A stretch of 37,198 nt of DNA from positions 1-37,198 of the IMG/VR virus record IMGVR_UViG_3300025103_000066, one strand, 5' to 3'. The stretch comes from a virus (taxonomy: Duplodnaviria; Caudoviricetes). The position numbers and the translations under genes were made by a program. Numbering within the stretch: position 1 is the first letter of the stretch; every line of letters starts with the position of its first letter. Shown here piece after piece: positions 1 through 8,289 of this stretch. The notes beneath the pieces are model-generated. The model was not told the origin of the DNA, searched no databases, and worked only from the letters and a program-made list of their open reading frames with translations.

Positions 1-20
1 GCGGTAGACCAGAAATTCAT

Positions 21-146
21 CATGCAAGATATATTCACGCTCGGAGCTTGCAACCTCGCAAATTGCACAACAAAAATTCAAATTACTATACAAAGAATAT
101 AAGGATTGGCTTAATCCTATAGAAAATCAATATGCAGATATTTTAA
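21..146 (+). repeat. 126-bp terminal direct repeat, copy 1 (probably assembly overlap)
   Basis: catgcaagat...gatattttaa is identical to 37073-37198. Confidence 0.97.
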
Positions 147-158
147 GCAGGGGGTAAT

Positions 159-848
159 ATGTATAAAAGAAAAGAAATAATAGGTGATTGTGTTTTGTAC
201 CTTGGTGATTGTACTGAGATAGTTGACGGCTTGTCTTTTGACTCGATAGTATCAGACCCTCCTTTTGGAATGAATTTTCAATCAAACTATAGAAAAGCTG
301 ACACAACGCACAAAGTTATAGCTAATGATGCAGATGTAAAACTACTACAATGGGTAACTAACCTACAGGCAGAGCATAGCAAGTATATATTTTGCAGATG
401 GGATAACCTAGAGGATGTTAAAAAGCCTAAATCTGTTGTTACGTGGATAAAAGACAATCACTCTATGGGTGATTTGAAGCACGAACATGGAAGGCAGACG
501 GAGTTATGCTTATTCTACGCTGGTGATGACCATTATTTCCCCAGTAAGCGTCCTAATGACGTTTTGAAGTGCGCTATAAGCGGAAACAATCTACACCCTA
601 CTGAAAAGCCAGTACCTTTGATGCAAGAGATAATTAAATGGACAACGGGAGTTGTATTAGACCCTTTCATGGGAAGCGGAACAACCCTAGTAGCCTGCGC
701 AAAGATGGGGCGTAAAGGCATAGGTATTGAGCTAGACAAAAATTATTTTGATATAGCTATAAAGCGTGTTGAAGAGGCTTATAAAAGCCCTGACATGTTT
801 GTTGAGGCTGAAAAAAAAGAAGTAACACAAAGCAAAATGGAGTTGTAA
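159..848 (+). CDS. Orphan N4-C/N6-A DNA methyltransferase (beta class)
   Basis: DPPF catalytic motif, HPTEKP, DPFMGSGTT SAM-binding motif, GIELD. Confidence 0.92.
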   Translation: MYKRKEIIGDCVLYLGDCTEIVDGLSFDSIVSDPPFGMNFQSNYRKADTTHKVIANDADVKLLQWVTNLQAEHSKYIFCRWDNLEDVKKPKSVVTWIKDNHSMGDLKHEHGRQTELCLFYAGDDHYFPSKRPNDVLKCAISGNNLHPTEKPVPLMQEIIKWTTGVVLDPFMGSGTTLVACAKMGRKGIGIELDKNYFDIAIKRVEEAYKSPDMFVEAEKKEVTQSKMEL

Positions 849-850
849 CG

Positions 851-1171
851 ATGGCAGATGTAATAAAAAAATGGCGTGAAGCAACTGAAGAAGTAGCTAG
901 GGCATTTGTTGAAAAATACTACCCTAAATCATCTTACGATGATGATGATGATTGTCACTGGGTTGCTGATGAAGTTGGAAGCATATTTTCTATTGCTGAT
1001 ATGTTCTTTGATGTTGACAGAATGATTCAGGCTATAGAATTAAATGCAACATTTGACCAATTATATGATTATGCTGATGGCGAACTGGAACACGCAGAAA
1101 AGCAAATTGCCATGCCTATAAACTTCAAGAACTATGTTAAGTACGGTAAAAAAGAAAATATTATAATCTAA
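851..1171 (+). CDS. Hypothetical protein
   Basis: 106-aa ORF packed directly after the MTase. Confidence 0.7.
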   Translation: MADVIKKWREATEEVARAFVEKYYPKSSYDDDDDCHWVADEVGSIFSIADMFFDVDRMIQAIELNATFDQLYDYADGELEHAEKQIAMPINFKNYVKYGKKENIII

Positions 1172-1194
1172 TACTAAAAGTTATAAAATAAAGC

Positions 1195-1223
1195 TTGCTT
1201 TTATAATCTAAAGTGTTAATATA
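1195..1223 (+). promoter_or_regulatory. Putative sigma70 promoter for the erf operon
   Basis: TTGCTT (1195-1200), 16-bp spacer, TG-T-TAATAT extended -10 (1214-1222). Confidence 0.5.
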
Positions 1224-1256
1224 ACATCTTATAACAACAAAGGATGAGTTTGTAAA

Positions 1257-2000
1257 ATGGACAAAGAAAATACCAGCAGTGCAATTGCTGTTACACCAGA
1301 AAAAAACATGATTGAAATAATTGCAAAAGCTGCATCTAATCCAGATGTTGATATTGATAAAATGGAACGCTTACTTGACTTTCAAATTAAGATGATGGAT
1401 AGGCAAGCAAAGATTGACTATGACAACGCACTTACACGCATTCAAGCGAAAATGCCACGCATTAAGAAAAAAGGGCAGATTAAAAACAAGCATGATAAAG
1501 TTGTATCAGAATATATGATTTATGAAGATATAGATAGGCAAATACGCCCTTTGCTACGTGAAGAAGGCTTTTCATTAACGCATAGCAGAACCGAGCAAAG
1601 CGGCAAAATGATTATAGCAACCACTTTGAGGCATAAAACAGGGCATCAAGAAACGGTTTCGATCCCTTTGCCTTACGATAGCACAAATGCACAAAAGAAT
1701 GCCGTTCAAGCGGCTGTATCAACGGCAAGCTATGGAAGGCGTGTTAATGTGTGTGGCTTACTTGATATTATCGGAGAAGGTGAAGATGATGATGGGCAAG
1801 CTAGTTCATATACAAAAATACATCCTGACACAGCAGAAGCTATAAAAGCCTCCCTTGCTGAAACTGATTCAGATGTTGAAAAGTTTCTTGATTATATGGG
1901 GGCGGATTGCATTAATAACATCTTATCAAAGGATTTAGAAAAAGCTAATCTTGCTCTAGGAAGGAAAATTAAAAATACTAAACCACTTTTTAACACTTAA
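1257..2000 (+). CDS. erf: ERF-family single-strand annealing protein
   Basis: NPDVDIDKMERLL N-terminus; LRHKTGHQE...S and QAAVSTASYGRR...EDDDG motifs typical of ERF. Confidence 0.85.
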   Translation: MDKENTSSAIAVTPEKNMIEIIAKAASNPDVDIDKMERLLDFQIKMMDRQAKIDYDNALTRIQAKMPRIKKKGQIKNKHDKVVSEYMIYEDIDRQIRPLLREEGFSLTHSRTEQSGKMIIATTLRHKTGHQETVSIPLPYDSTNAQKNAVQAAVSTASYGRRVNVCGLLDIIGEGEDDDGQASSYTKIHPDTAEAIKASLAETDSDVEKFLDYMGADCINNILSKDLEKANLALGRKIKNTKPLFNT

Positions 2001-2013
2001 TAACAGGCAAACT

Positions 2014-2412
2014 ATGAACAAAAAAAACTACAATGATGTTACTGGTGAAGTTAATGAAACTGATCAGGAAATTTCAAAGCCTACAAAAAGCTTTGCTACA
2101 TTTTTAACAACCCTTGAAGATGGTAGATTTAATGATGCAATTTCTGAAGAATTGCGTGCATTATCTGAAAGGCTTTATTTGCACAGTATAAACTATGGGG
2201 GCAAGCCTAAAGGTAAAATCACTATTGATATAGAGCTTCTGCAAAATGACGGAATCTTTGACATAAAGAGTAATTACAAGGTTAAGAATCCAGATAAGCC
2301 AAGGCAAAGATCTATTGCATGGACTGATGAAAATCACAATCTATTGCCAAGCAACCCTAAACAGGAAAGCTTGTTTAAAGATGTTAATTCAAGGACTATC
2401 AAAACTATATAA
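2014..2412 (+). CDS. Conserved phage protein, usual upstream partner of DUF2303 (YfdP-like)
   Basis: KGKITIDIEL and terminal WTDENHNL...NPKQ..LF pattern; synteny with DUF2303. Confidence 0.6.
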   Translation: MNKKNYNDVTGEVNETDQEISKPTKSFATFLTTLEDGRFNDAISEELRALSERLYLHSINYGGKPKGKITIDIELLQNDGIFDIKSNYKVKNPDKPRQRSIAWTDENHNLLPSNPKQESLFKDVNSRTIKTI

Positions 2413-2469
2413 TTAACCAAAAACTAACAATTGAACTAATTAATTAAAACTAAAAATAATAGGTAAATT

Positions 2470-3378
2470 ATGAATGAAGAAAACGGCATTGCCGATATTA
2501 TAAGTGAAGTTAAACAATTTCACGGTGTTGAAGTAAAGAAGATCACCTTAGACGGAAAACAAATTGATGTTGCTGTGCTTCCAACCGGTAAGACGTTAAA
2601 AAGCGTTAAGCCTCTTTTTGATGAATACCGTGATAAACCAGAAAGAAGAACTGGTACAGCAGCCCTTTATGACTTAAGTAGTTTTATTGCTTATGTTAAC
2701 CGCTTTAAAGATGAAGATAGTGCAATATTTGCAAACAATGATATTAACAATCCTAGTCTTACAGGGATTATTGATTATCACAAAGCCGGTTATGATGGTG
2801 ATCCTAGATATTGTATGCACAAAGCTGTATATAACTTTCCACTTTCTAAAGAATGGCAAGCATGGTTGAATTATGATGGGCAATCTTTTACACAATCAGA
2901 TTTTGCTGCTTTCCTTGAAGATCGTATTGGTGATGTAGTACATCCTTCCGATGGTGATGAATCTGCAAATGAGGAGCTTGAAAAGCTTTCAGCTTTGTTA
3001 GGTGGTAATTTTGCAAGCCCTAACAAGTTATTTTCATTAAGTAAAGAATTGCATGTTAATGAAGAAGTAAGGGTTAAAAACTCTGTTAATCTTAGCAGCG
3101 GTGAATCAAAGATTATTTATGAAACTGAACACCGTGATGAATCAGGTATGCCTATTGAGGTTCCTAATATGTTCTTGATTGTAGTGCCTGTTTTTGAAAC
3201 AGGTGATCTTTACAGGGTTGCAGTACGTTTACGCTATAAAGTAAGGGATGGAAAGATTACTTGGTTCTATAATCTATATAGGATTGAGAATACCTTTGAT
3301 AATGCCTTTGATGGTGCTTGTAAAACGGCAAAAGAAGAAACTGGACTTCCTTTATATGTAGGATCTTCAGAAAGATAA
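2470..3378 (+). CDS. DUF2303 (YfdQ-like) family protein
   Basis: SFIAYVNRF, IIDYH, SKEWQAW, QSDFAAFLED, IPVF-like and RLRY motifs. Confidence 0.85.
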   Translation: MNEENGIADIISEVKQFHGVEVKKITLDGKQIDVAVLPTGKTLKSVKPLFDEYRDKPERRTGTAALYDLSSFIAYVNRFKDEDSAIFANNDINNPSLTGIIDYHKAGYDGDPRYCMHKAVYNFPLSKEWQAWLNYDGQSFTQSDFAAFLEDRIGDVVHPSDGDESANEELEKLSALLGGNFASPNKLFSLSKELHVNEEVRVKNSVNLSSGESKIIYETEHRDESGMPIEVPNMFLIVVPVFETGDLYRVAVRLRYKVRDGKITWFYNLYRIENTFDNAFDGACKTAKEETGLPLYVGSSER

Positions 3379-3386
3379 TATAAAAC

Positions 3387-3413
3387 CTCCTAAGCATGAG
3401 AATAAAAGGCTTA
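3387..3413 (+). ncRNA. Candidate H-type pseudoknot motif, copy 1
   Basis: CTC-ctaagcat-GAG stem-loop; loop TAAGC is complementary to GCTTA at 3409-3413; second copy at 4121-4151. Confidence 0.5.
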
Positions 3414-3441
3414 TTTAAAAATAACTAGGAGAGTGTAGCAA

Positions 3442-3771
3442 GTGGTAAGTAGATCAACACAAAAAGATAAAGATTTTGGCGTTCAAGTAAAAGAAGTAAG
3501 AACAGAACACAAAAAAAGTAGAAGGGAAGTTGCAGAAAGATTAGGGCTTTCACAGCAGCAGCTGGAAAAGTATGAAAACGGTGATAACCGTATTGCAGCT
3601 GGTAAGCTTGTTGAAATTGCTGAAGCACTTGATGTTGACTTTATAGAACTGGTGCCTAAAAACCTTCTGGAAGTTGATAATATAGATAACCTAGCAATCT
3701 ATTTGTGGAAAAAGTTAAGTATTACAAATAAGAAGGCTGTTATAAATGTAATGCGTGAAATGAAAAATTAA
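3442..3771 (+). CDS. XRE-family HTH transcriptional regulator
   Basis: VAERLGLSQQQLEKYENGDNRIAAGKL HTH; GTG start after AGGAGA. Confidence 0.9.
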   Translation: MVSRSTQKDKDFGVQVKEVRTEHKKSRREVAERLGLSQQQLEKYENGDNRIAAGKLVEIAEALDVDFIELVPKNLLEVDNIDNLAIYLWKKLSITNKKAVINVMREMKN

Positions 3772-3772
3772 T

Positions 3773-3964
3773 ATGAGTGAAGAACTTAAATACCGATTTA
3801 TTGAAAGGTTTGGAATTTGTTCAACAGAAGGTAAACTTTCTGATGTAGAATCTTTATCAATGGCTTCAAAAGAAATTATGCCACTGATGAAAGAGGCTGG
3901 TTACAGTGCCTTGCAGATGAAAAAGCTACTTAATGAATGTAAAAAGGAAATAAAAGGTGGTTAG
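3773..3964 (+). CDS. Hypothetical protein
   Basis: 63-aa ORF coupled to the XRE gene. Confidence 0.65.
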   Translation: MSEELKYRFIERFGICSTEGKLSDVESLSMASKEIMPLMKEAGYSALQMKKLLNECKKEIKGG

Positions 3965-3965
3965 C

Positions 3966-4091
3966 ATGTTGAATGTTTTTATTTTTATCGTGGGTGTTTT
4001 TGCAGGGCTTTACATTTCAAGAGTAGAAAACAAGCTGAAAAAACGAAAACAAAAAAGGGCTTATAAAGATATAAAAAAAACAGGCTTGTAG
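3966..4091 (+). CDS. Small membrane peptide, 41 aa (not in ORF track)
   Basis: MLNVFIFIVGVFAGLYISRVENKLKKRKQKRAYKDIKKTGL; one hydrophobic helix and a basic tail; AAGGTGG SD-like site upstream. Confidence 0.55.
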   Translation: MLNVFIFIVGVFAGLYISRVENKLKKRKQKRAYKDIKKTGL

Positions 4092-4120
4092 GTTCTAAAG
4101 AATCCCTTTATGGGTTGAAA

Positions 4121-4151
4121 CGTCCTAAGCATGACGGATAAAAAAGGCTTA
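4121..4151 (+). ncRNA. Candidate H-type pseudoknot motif, copy 2
   Basis: CGTC-ctaagcat-GACG stem-loop; TAAGC pairs with GCTTA at 4147-4151; compensatory stem change relative to copy 1. Confidence 0.5.
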
Positions 4152-4190
4152 TAAACCATAATTTAATTTAAAAACTAGGAGAATTTAAAA

Positions 4191-4346
4191 ATGGGATTAA
4201 TAGAAGCAATAGTAGTAGTTGGTTTAACTTTTGGAACTATAACAGCAGGGCAATGTGCAGCTGAAGGTGTAGATCCAGATAAGTGTTTTACCAAGGAAAA
4301 TATCACTGTGGAACATGTTTATCCAAACAGCCACGGCAACAAATAA
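4191..4346 (+). CDS. Small membrane/exported peptide, 51 aa, pilin-like N-terminus (not in ORF track)
   Basis: MGLIEAIVVVGLTFGTITAGQCAAEGVDPDKCFTKENITVEHVYPNSHGNK; strong AGGAGA RBS. Confidence 0.65.
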   Translation: MGLIEAIVVVGLTFGTITAGQCAAEGVDPDKCFTKENITVEHVYPNSHGNK

Positions 4347-4361
4347 GGCATTAGCCTTTAG

Positions 4362-4405
4362 GGTGTGGTTTTAGGGGGCTTGTTATCCATACCTAAAACC
4401 ACACC
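4362..4405 (+). other. Perfect 14-bp inverted repeat (terminator or processing hairpin)
   Basis: ggtgtggttttagg (4362-4375) / cctaaaaccacacc (4392-4405), 16-nt loop, no U-tract. Confidence 0.7.
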
Positions 4406-4413
4406 TGACTAGC

Positions 4414-4599
4414 TTGATAACGCTGCAATATGAGGAAAAAAGCGTGACTGAATTAGAAAAAATAAAACAGGCTGTAGAATTAGCAGAAGAAACTTTTTCT
4501 TTTTATGCAGAATACCATGAAAAAAAAGGTGATGAATCTTCACTTATAAAAGCCAAAAACAACAGAACATATGCCGCCTTACAAGAAGGCTCTAGTTAG
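4414..4599 (+). CDS. Hypothetical protein (likely GTG start at 4444; 3' end possibly frameshifted)
   Basis: GAGG upstream of GTG 4444; an alternative frame continues YKKALVRINRLIISEAEAIGK. Confidence 0.5.
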   Translation: MITLQYEEKSVTELEKIKQAVELAEETFSFYAEYHEKKGDESSLIKAKNNRTYAALQEGSS

Positions 4600-4634
4600 A
4601 ATTAATAGATTAATCATATCGGAGGCTGAAGCCA

Positions 4635-4991
4635 TTGGAAAATGATGAATTAATTGATGGTGAAAACCTGAAAACTATAAATACAAACATGATTATTGAA
4701 GTTGGTGATAAAATCAAGTTTAGAACTGATAAGCAACGTTTTACAGTAATTGCAAGGAATGAAAGATTTATTATCTGCACCAAACCCTTTAACCTGAAGA
4801 GAACAGTTCTTTATACTGTGGTTGATCTTGAAAATGATATTCGTGGAACTGAAAACTTAGTTTTTGGTGCTGGTGCTGAAACGCAAGAGCAATGCAATGA
4901 AATGTTAAAACGGTTAGCATCTGGTGAAACAGAAATTTCACACAGAAATTATATAAGGCTTGATGTAGAATCGGTGCAAACAAATGTATAA
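4635..4991 (+). CDS. Conserved phage hypothetical protein (probable start Met 4689)
   Basis: VGDKIKF...RFIICTKPFNLKRTVLYTVVD...EISHRN; overlaps the next gene. Confidence 0.7.
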   Translation: MENDELIDGENLKTINTNMIIEVGDKIKFRTDKQRFTVIARNERFIICTKPFNLKRTVLYTVVDLENDIRGTENLVFGAGAETQEQCNEMLKRLASGETEISHRNYIRLDVESVQTNV

Positions 4992-5430
4992 AAAAGATTT
5001 ATATAGAATAGAAGATAATATAATTCCTTTTGTTTTAGAAGGCTTGCTAATGAGCCAAATTAAGCAAGAACCGAAGTTTGAAGAACCCTATAAAAAAGCA
5101 CTAAGTATATTGAGGGAATCATATATACAAGATCTTAACACACCAAAGCTTTTGAGAAGGGCAGAAAGAATTGAAAGAAAACTACTAAAGTTTTGGAGTG
5201 ATAACAATTGTATTATACGCAAGTCAATTATGGTTCTGTCCCACCTTATAGCCGCCCTTGATAAAGAAAATGCACTTTCATTAAAACCTGAAATAGAAAT
5301 TCTTTTTCAGGAAATAAACACGATTATCACTAATGCCTATGATGATAATAACATACTAAAGCAAGATCAAAGTGCCGCAAAACAAACGCCAAAAATTTTG
5401 GCTATCTTACAAGATGAAGGGCTTTTTTAA
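4984..5430 (+). CDS. Hypothetical protein, last gene of the early block
   Basis: 148-aa helical ORF; stop abuts the convergent HNH gene stop. Confidence 0.7.
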   Translation: MYKKDLYRIEDNIIPFVLEGLLMSQIKQEPKFEEPYKKALSILRESYIQDLNTPKLLRRAERIERKLLKFWSDNNCIIRKSIMVLSHLIAALDKENALSLKPEIEILFQEINTIITNAYDDNNILKQDQSAAKQTPKILAILQDEGLF

Positions 5431-6000
5431 TTACTCTTTCCAAGAGATATTTTTAACAATTCTATGAATTAAAGACTTAGCAACGCCATATTTTTTTGAT
5501 AATGCAACCGTGTTGTAAGGTGAGTTCCTACCCGACTTATAAACTGACCTTATATACCTAACATCATCCCAGCATAATTTAGCAAGTTTATGATCTTCAC
5601 CTTTTATATCACACTTTTTGTTTCTGCCCTTTTTCGCCATATCAATAGAGTTTTGCTTTGGCGTGCCTAGAAATAGATGATTCGGATTGCAACATATAGG
5701 GTTATCGCAAGAGTGACAAATAAACATCCCTTTAGGTATCTCTTCTTTGAAGTGAATCTGCCATGCAAGACGATGTGACCCAATATATTTACCCTCATAC
5801 CTAGCAAGCCCATAGCCAGTTGAAGCTTTTGCACCTAACCACTGCCAGCATGAATGTACTGCACCTGTATTCACATTATCCCAAAAGGTTTCAGGGTTTT
5901 GTTTGAAGTTGTATTTATGCATAATATGTATTATGTACACGACAAATACAGAGGTTGCAATATAAATTATGTACTTGTGCCGTGTTTTATTTGCCCCCAC
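5431..6000 (-). CDS. HNH homing-type endonuclease (probable start 5922)
   Basis: CWQWLGA...GYG...SHRLAW...ICHSCDNPICCNPNHLFLGTPKQNSID; C-terminal AKL...HTH. Confidence 0.92.
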   Translation of the reverse strand: MGANKTRHKYIIYIATSVFVVYIIHIMHKYNFKQNPETFWDNVNTGAVHSCWQWLGAKASTGYGLARYEGKYIGSHRLAWQIHFKEEIPKGMFICHSCDNPICCNPNHLFLGTPKQNSIDMAKKGRNKKCDIKGEDHKLAKLCWDDVRYIRSVYKSGRNSPYNTVALSKKYGVAKSLIHRIVKNISWKE

Positions 6001-6398
6001 TTATGAACAGCAAAGGACATATAACTTGCACGCACTCTTTCAAAAATATTACCATCTAAACCATGCTTTTTAAGCATCTCATAAAACAAATCATCAAACT
6101 TCGCACGATATTCAATAGGTAAATCTTTATTATTTACAGCTTCACAACCCCAATCATGCACAGCAGCCGGAATCAAGACTTCTTGTGTATCAATTGCCCC
6201 TGTAGCCCCATCATAAACAAACCCACGCATTAATATTAATGTGCCGCTTGAACATAATAAGCCAAACTTTGTTTTAACATCCTTTCCTAAAGGGGGTATA
6301 ATACCTGTTTCTGCGATAAGAGGCTTAATTAACCTATAATGCCTTAATCCCACTTTATCATAATGTTCATCTTCATTGAATTCATGCATGTTGATCAC
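5967..6398 (-). CDS. DUF1353-like protein
   Basis: GFVYDGATG...AAVHDW...DDLFYEML motifs. Confidence 0.7.
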   Translation of the reverse strand: MINMHEFNEDEHYDKVGLRHYRLIKPLIAETGIIPPLGKDVKTKFGLLCSSGTLILMRGFVYDGATGAIDTQEVLIPAAVHDWGCEAVNNKDLPIEYRAKFDDLFYEMLKKHGLDGNIFERVRASYMSFAVHKWGQIKHGTST

Positions 6399-6822
6399 CT
6401 ATAATTAAGAGTTTACACCGTTTATAACCAATAGTTTCTTTGATAAAGTTCATTGCCGATTTACTATCTAAAACAGCATTTCCCTTGCCAATGTTTGGAT
6501 CTTCATATCCTGAAGATCCAGCTAAAAGCCCTGTTGCTATGCAGCCCTTTAATTGTTCAGCCCTGTTTGCAACGTGAAAATAAATACCGTAGCGATTAGG
6601 AACGTCCAATATCTGCCAAACATCAGGATAAGAACCAAAGTTTTCTTTATGCTTTGGCTCCATAACATAAGAGCCAGAAGGAATGCAGCTAATCATTTGC
6701 TGATTATTCAACCAAGGCTTTTCAATAGTATAAAGCAAGGGTGTTTCATGCCCCAAAAAAGACATTGCACCCATCATGCAATATTTATTCCCAAAGAACC
6801 TAAATAGATTTATTTGTTCCAT
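6382..6822 (-). CDS. DUF5675-family protein, putative endolysin
   Basis: TIEKPW..N...SCIPSGSY...VPNRYGIYFHVAN....GCI; located in the lysis position. Confidence 0.75.
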   Translation of the reverse strand: MEQINLFRFFGNKYCMMGAMSFLGHETPLLYTIEKPWLNNQQMISCIPSGSYVMEPKHKENFGSYPDVWQILDVPNRYGIYFHVANRAEQLKGCIATGLLAGSSGYEDPNIGKGNAVLDSKSAMNFIKETIGYKRCKLLIIGDQHA

Positions 6823-7349
6823 TAGTTTCTATTGCTATTTGGATATTTGTGTTCCACTTTCCAGCCTCTTTTTGCAGGGCAATTGCCGCCTTTGCTTATT
6901 TTATCAGCTTTTTTAATTATTTTATCTTGGCATTGTATAGCCCACCACATAGGGCTGAAACGGTGGAACTTATCCGCTAATAATTGGCGTTTGCAAAACT
7001 TGCTTTCCATTGGAATGGTAAGAACGCCACTTGCAAATTGTCCATTGCCACCTATGCCTACTGTGCGAACACAATTATTATTGTTATTTATAACCGTTGG
7101 TAGATGTGCAGAATTAACAGGAATCTTTGTTTCAGTTATATGTGAATTTGTTATAGTTGTGCTTGTATCTGAATTGTAAACTGGAATAAGTGCATTAAAA
7201 TTCGCATTATTATTTTTATTGTTATTCAGGTTTGAATTGACACTATTGGCACTACTGCCAGCATATGCAAAATTGCAAAAAGTTAGAACCACAATTGCAA
7301 TAAAATAAATTAAATTCCTCACTTCTTCAACTCCTCTATAGCTTGCCAA
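6822..7349 (-). CDS. Exported Cys-containing protein of the lysis region
   Basis: N-terminal signal-like hydrophobic segment ending AYA, Asn-rich linker, four further Cys residues. Confidence 0.6.
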   Translation of the reverse strand: MASYRGVEEVRNLIYFIAIVVLTFCNFAYAGSSANSVNSNLNNNKNNNANFNALIPVYNSDTSTTITNSHITETKIPVNSAHLPTVINNNNNCVRTVGIGGNGQFASGVLTIPMESKFCKRQLLADKFHRFSPMWWAIQCQDKIIKKADKISKGGNCPAKRGWKVEHKYPNSNRN

Positions 7350-7645
7350 ACTTTTTTAAATTCTTCTCTAAACTCCCTTACAATTTCAGATCCCCTTTCA
7401 CGACCTGAAGTAATCTTGCTATCTATCTTAAATATTTGAGTATTCACAGCATGGAATTTATTGTTATAAACAATATTAATTTCATTAAGATCACCTCTTA
7501 ATAACTTAAGTTCATTTGTGTTATTATCTATTGAACTTACAACAGAAAACCCAGCAAAACCAACTATGCCGGTAATTATTACACCAAAGAAAACTGATAT
7601 AATTTTTTCTTCTAACCAATGTTTTTTTGTTTCATTATCAGCCAT
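7319..7645 (-). CDS. Single-TM coiled-coil protein (holin/spanin-like candidate)
   Basis: IISVFFGVIITGIVGFAGFSVV TM segment followed by a helical region; upstream of the putative endolysin. Confidence 0.5.
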   Translation of the reverse strand: MADNETKKHWLEEKIISVFFGVIITGIVGFAGFSVVSSIDNNTNELKLLRGDLNEINIVYNNKFHAVNTQIFKIDSKITSGRERGSEIVREFREEFKKVWQAIEELKK

Positions 7646-8280
7646 TATAACCCCATAACTTTTCTTATTTCGTTTATAACAAAATCATCTTCATTTATAT
7701 CTGCAAGTGAATGCCCCGCATTTAATAGCTGTGATTTAGAATTTTCATGCCCTGCATCAATAAACCTTTTCAAGTTATCTATTGCATTATATTCAGAACC
7801 ATCCACAACAACAATTTCATCATTTACACCGTGATAATGTCTTATAGTAATATTACCCTGAACAGGTACAATATTATTATGTAAGTAGTTTGAAACTAAA
7901 ACAGCAGCTTTAAAATATTGTGGATATTTAGCCGCCAAATAAGCAGAAATAATTGCACCGTTACTATGTCCACCAATGCCAATTTCAGAAACCCCTAAAG
8001 CCTGAAGATGCTGAATGATATTACCAAAAAACCCAGCTTCAATAAGGCTCAATACACCGCCTGAACCGTTCCAAAGCCTTTTAGTAGGATCATTTGAAAT
8101 CATGGTTCCATTAGGGAAAACCATATATAGGTCATTAGGATCTGGATTGCCTAACTGCCCTGCAACGGCTGAACTATTGCCACCATAACCATGACAAAAG
8201 ATAAAGGCTTTCGTAGGTGATCCAGTGGGCTGGTTTATATCAAAAGTGCGACCTTGTGAATTTTCAGTGCTATAAGGCAT
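7645..8280 (-). CDS. Alpha/beta-hydrolase (esterase; PHB-depolymerase/carboxylesterase-like)
   Basis: CHGYGG oxyanion loop, GHSNG nucleophile elbow, HGVND acid, AGHS histidine. Confidence 0.88.
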   Translation of the reverse strand: MPYSTENSQGRTFDINQPTGSPTKAFIFCHGYGGNSSAVAGQLGNPDPNDLYMVFPNGTMISNDPTKRLWNGSGGVLSLIEAGFFGNIIQHLQALGVSEIGIGGHSNGAIISAYLAAKYPQYFKAAVLVSNYLHNNIVPVQGNITIRHYHGVNDEIVVVDGSEYNAIDNLKRFIDAGHENSKSQLLNAGHSLADINEDDFVINEIRKVMGL

Positions 8281-8289
8281 AATTTTTTC

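Noticed and set aside
21-146. 126-bp repeat as a physical terminal repeat or att site
   Set aside because: The length fits a k-mer overlap, it falls inside a gene, and the P22-like TerS suggests headful packaging; no integrase is present.
3387-4151. Type III toxin-antitoxin RNA array or preQ1 riboswitch
   Set aside because: Only two dispersed copies, no ToxN-like nuclease nearby, and the loop lacks the preQ1 consensus.
4376-4391. ttgttatc in the hairpin loop matching the origin iterons
   Set aside because: A single 8-nt match in AT-rich DNA is expected by chance.
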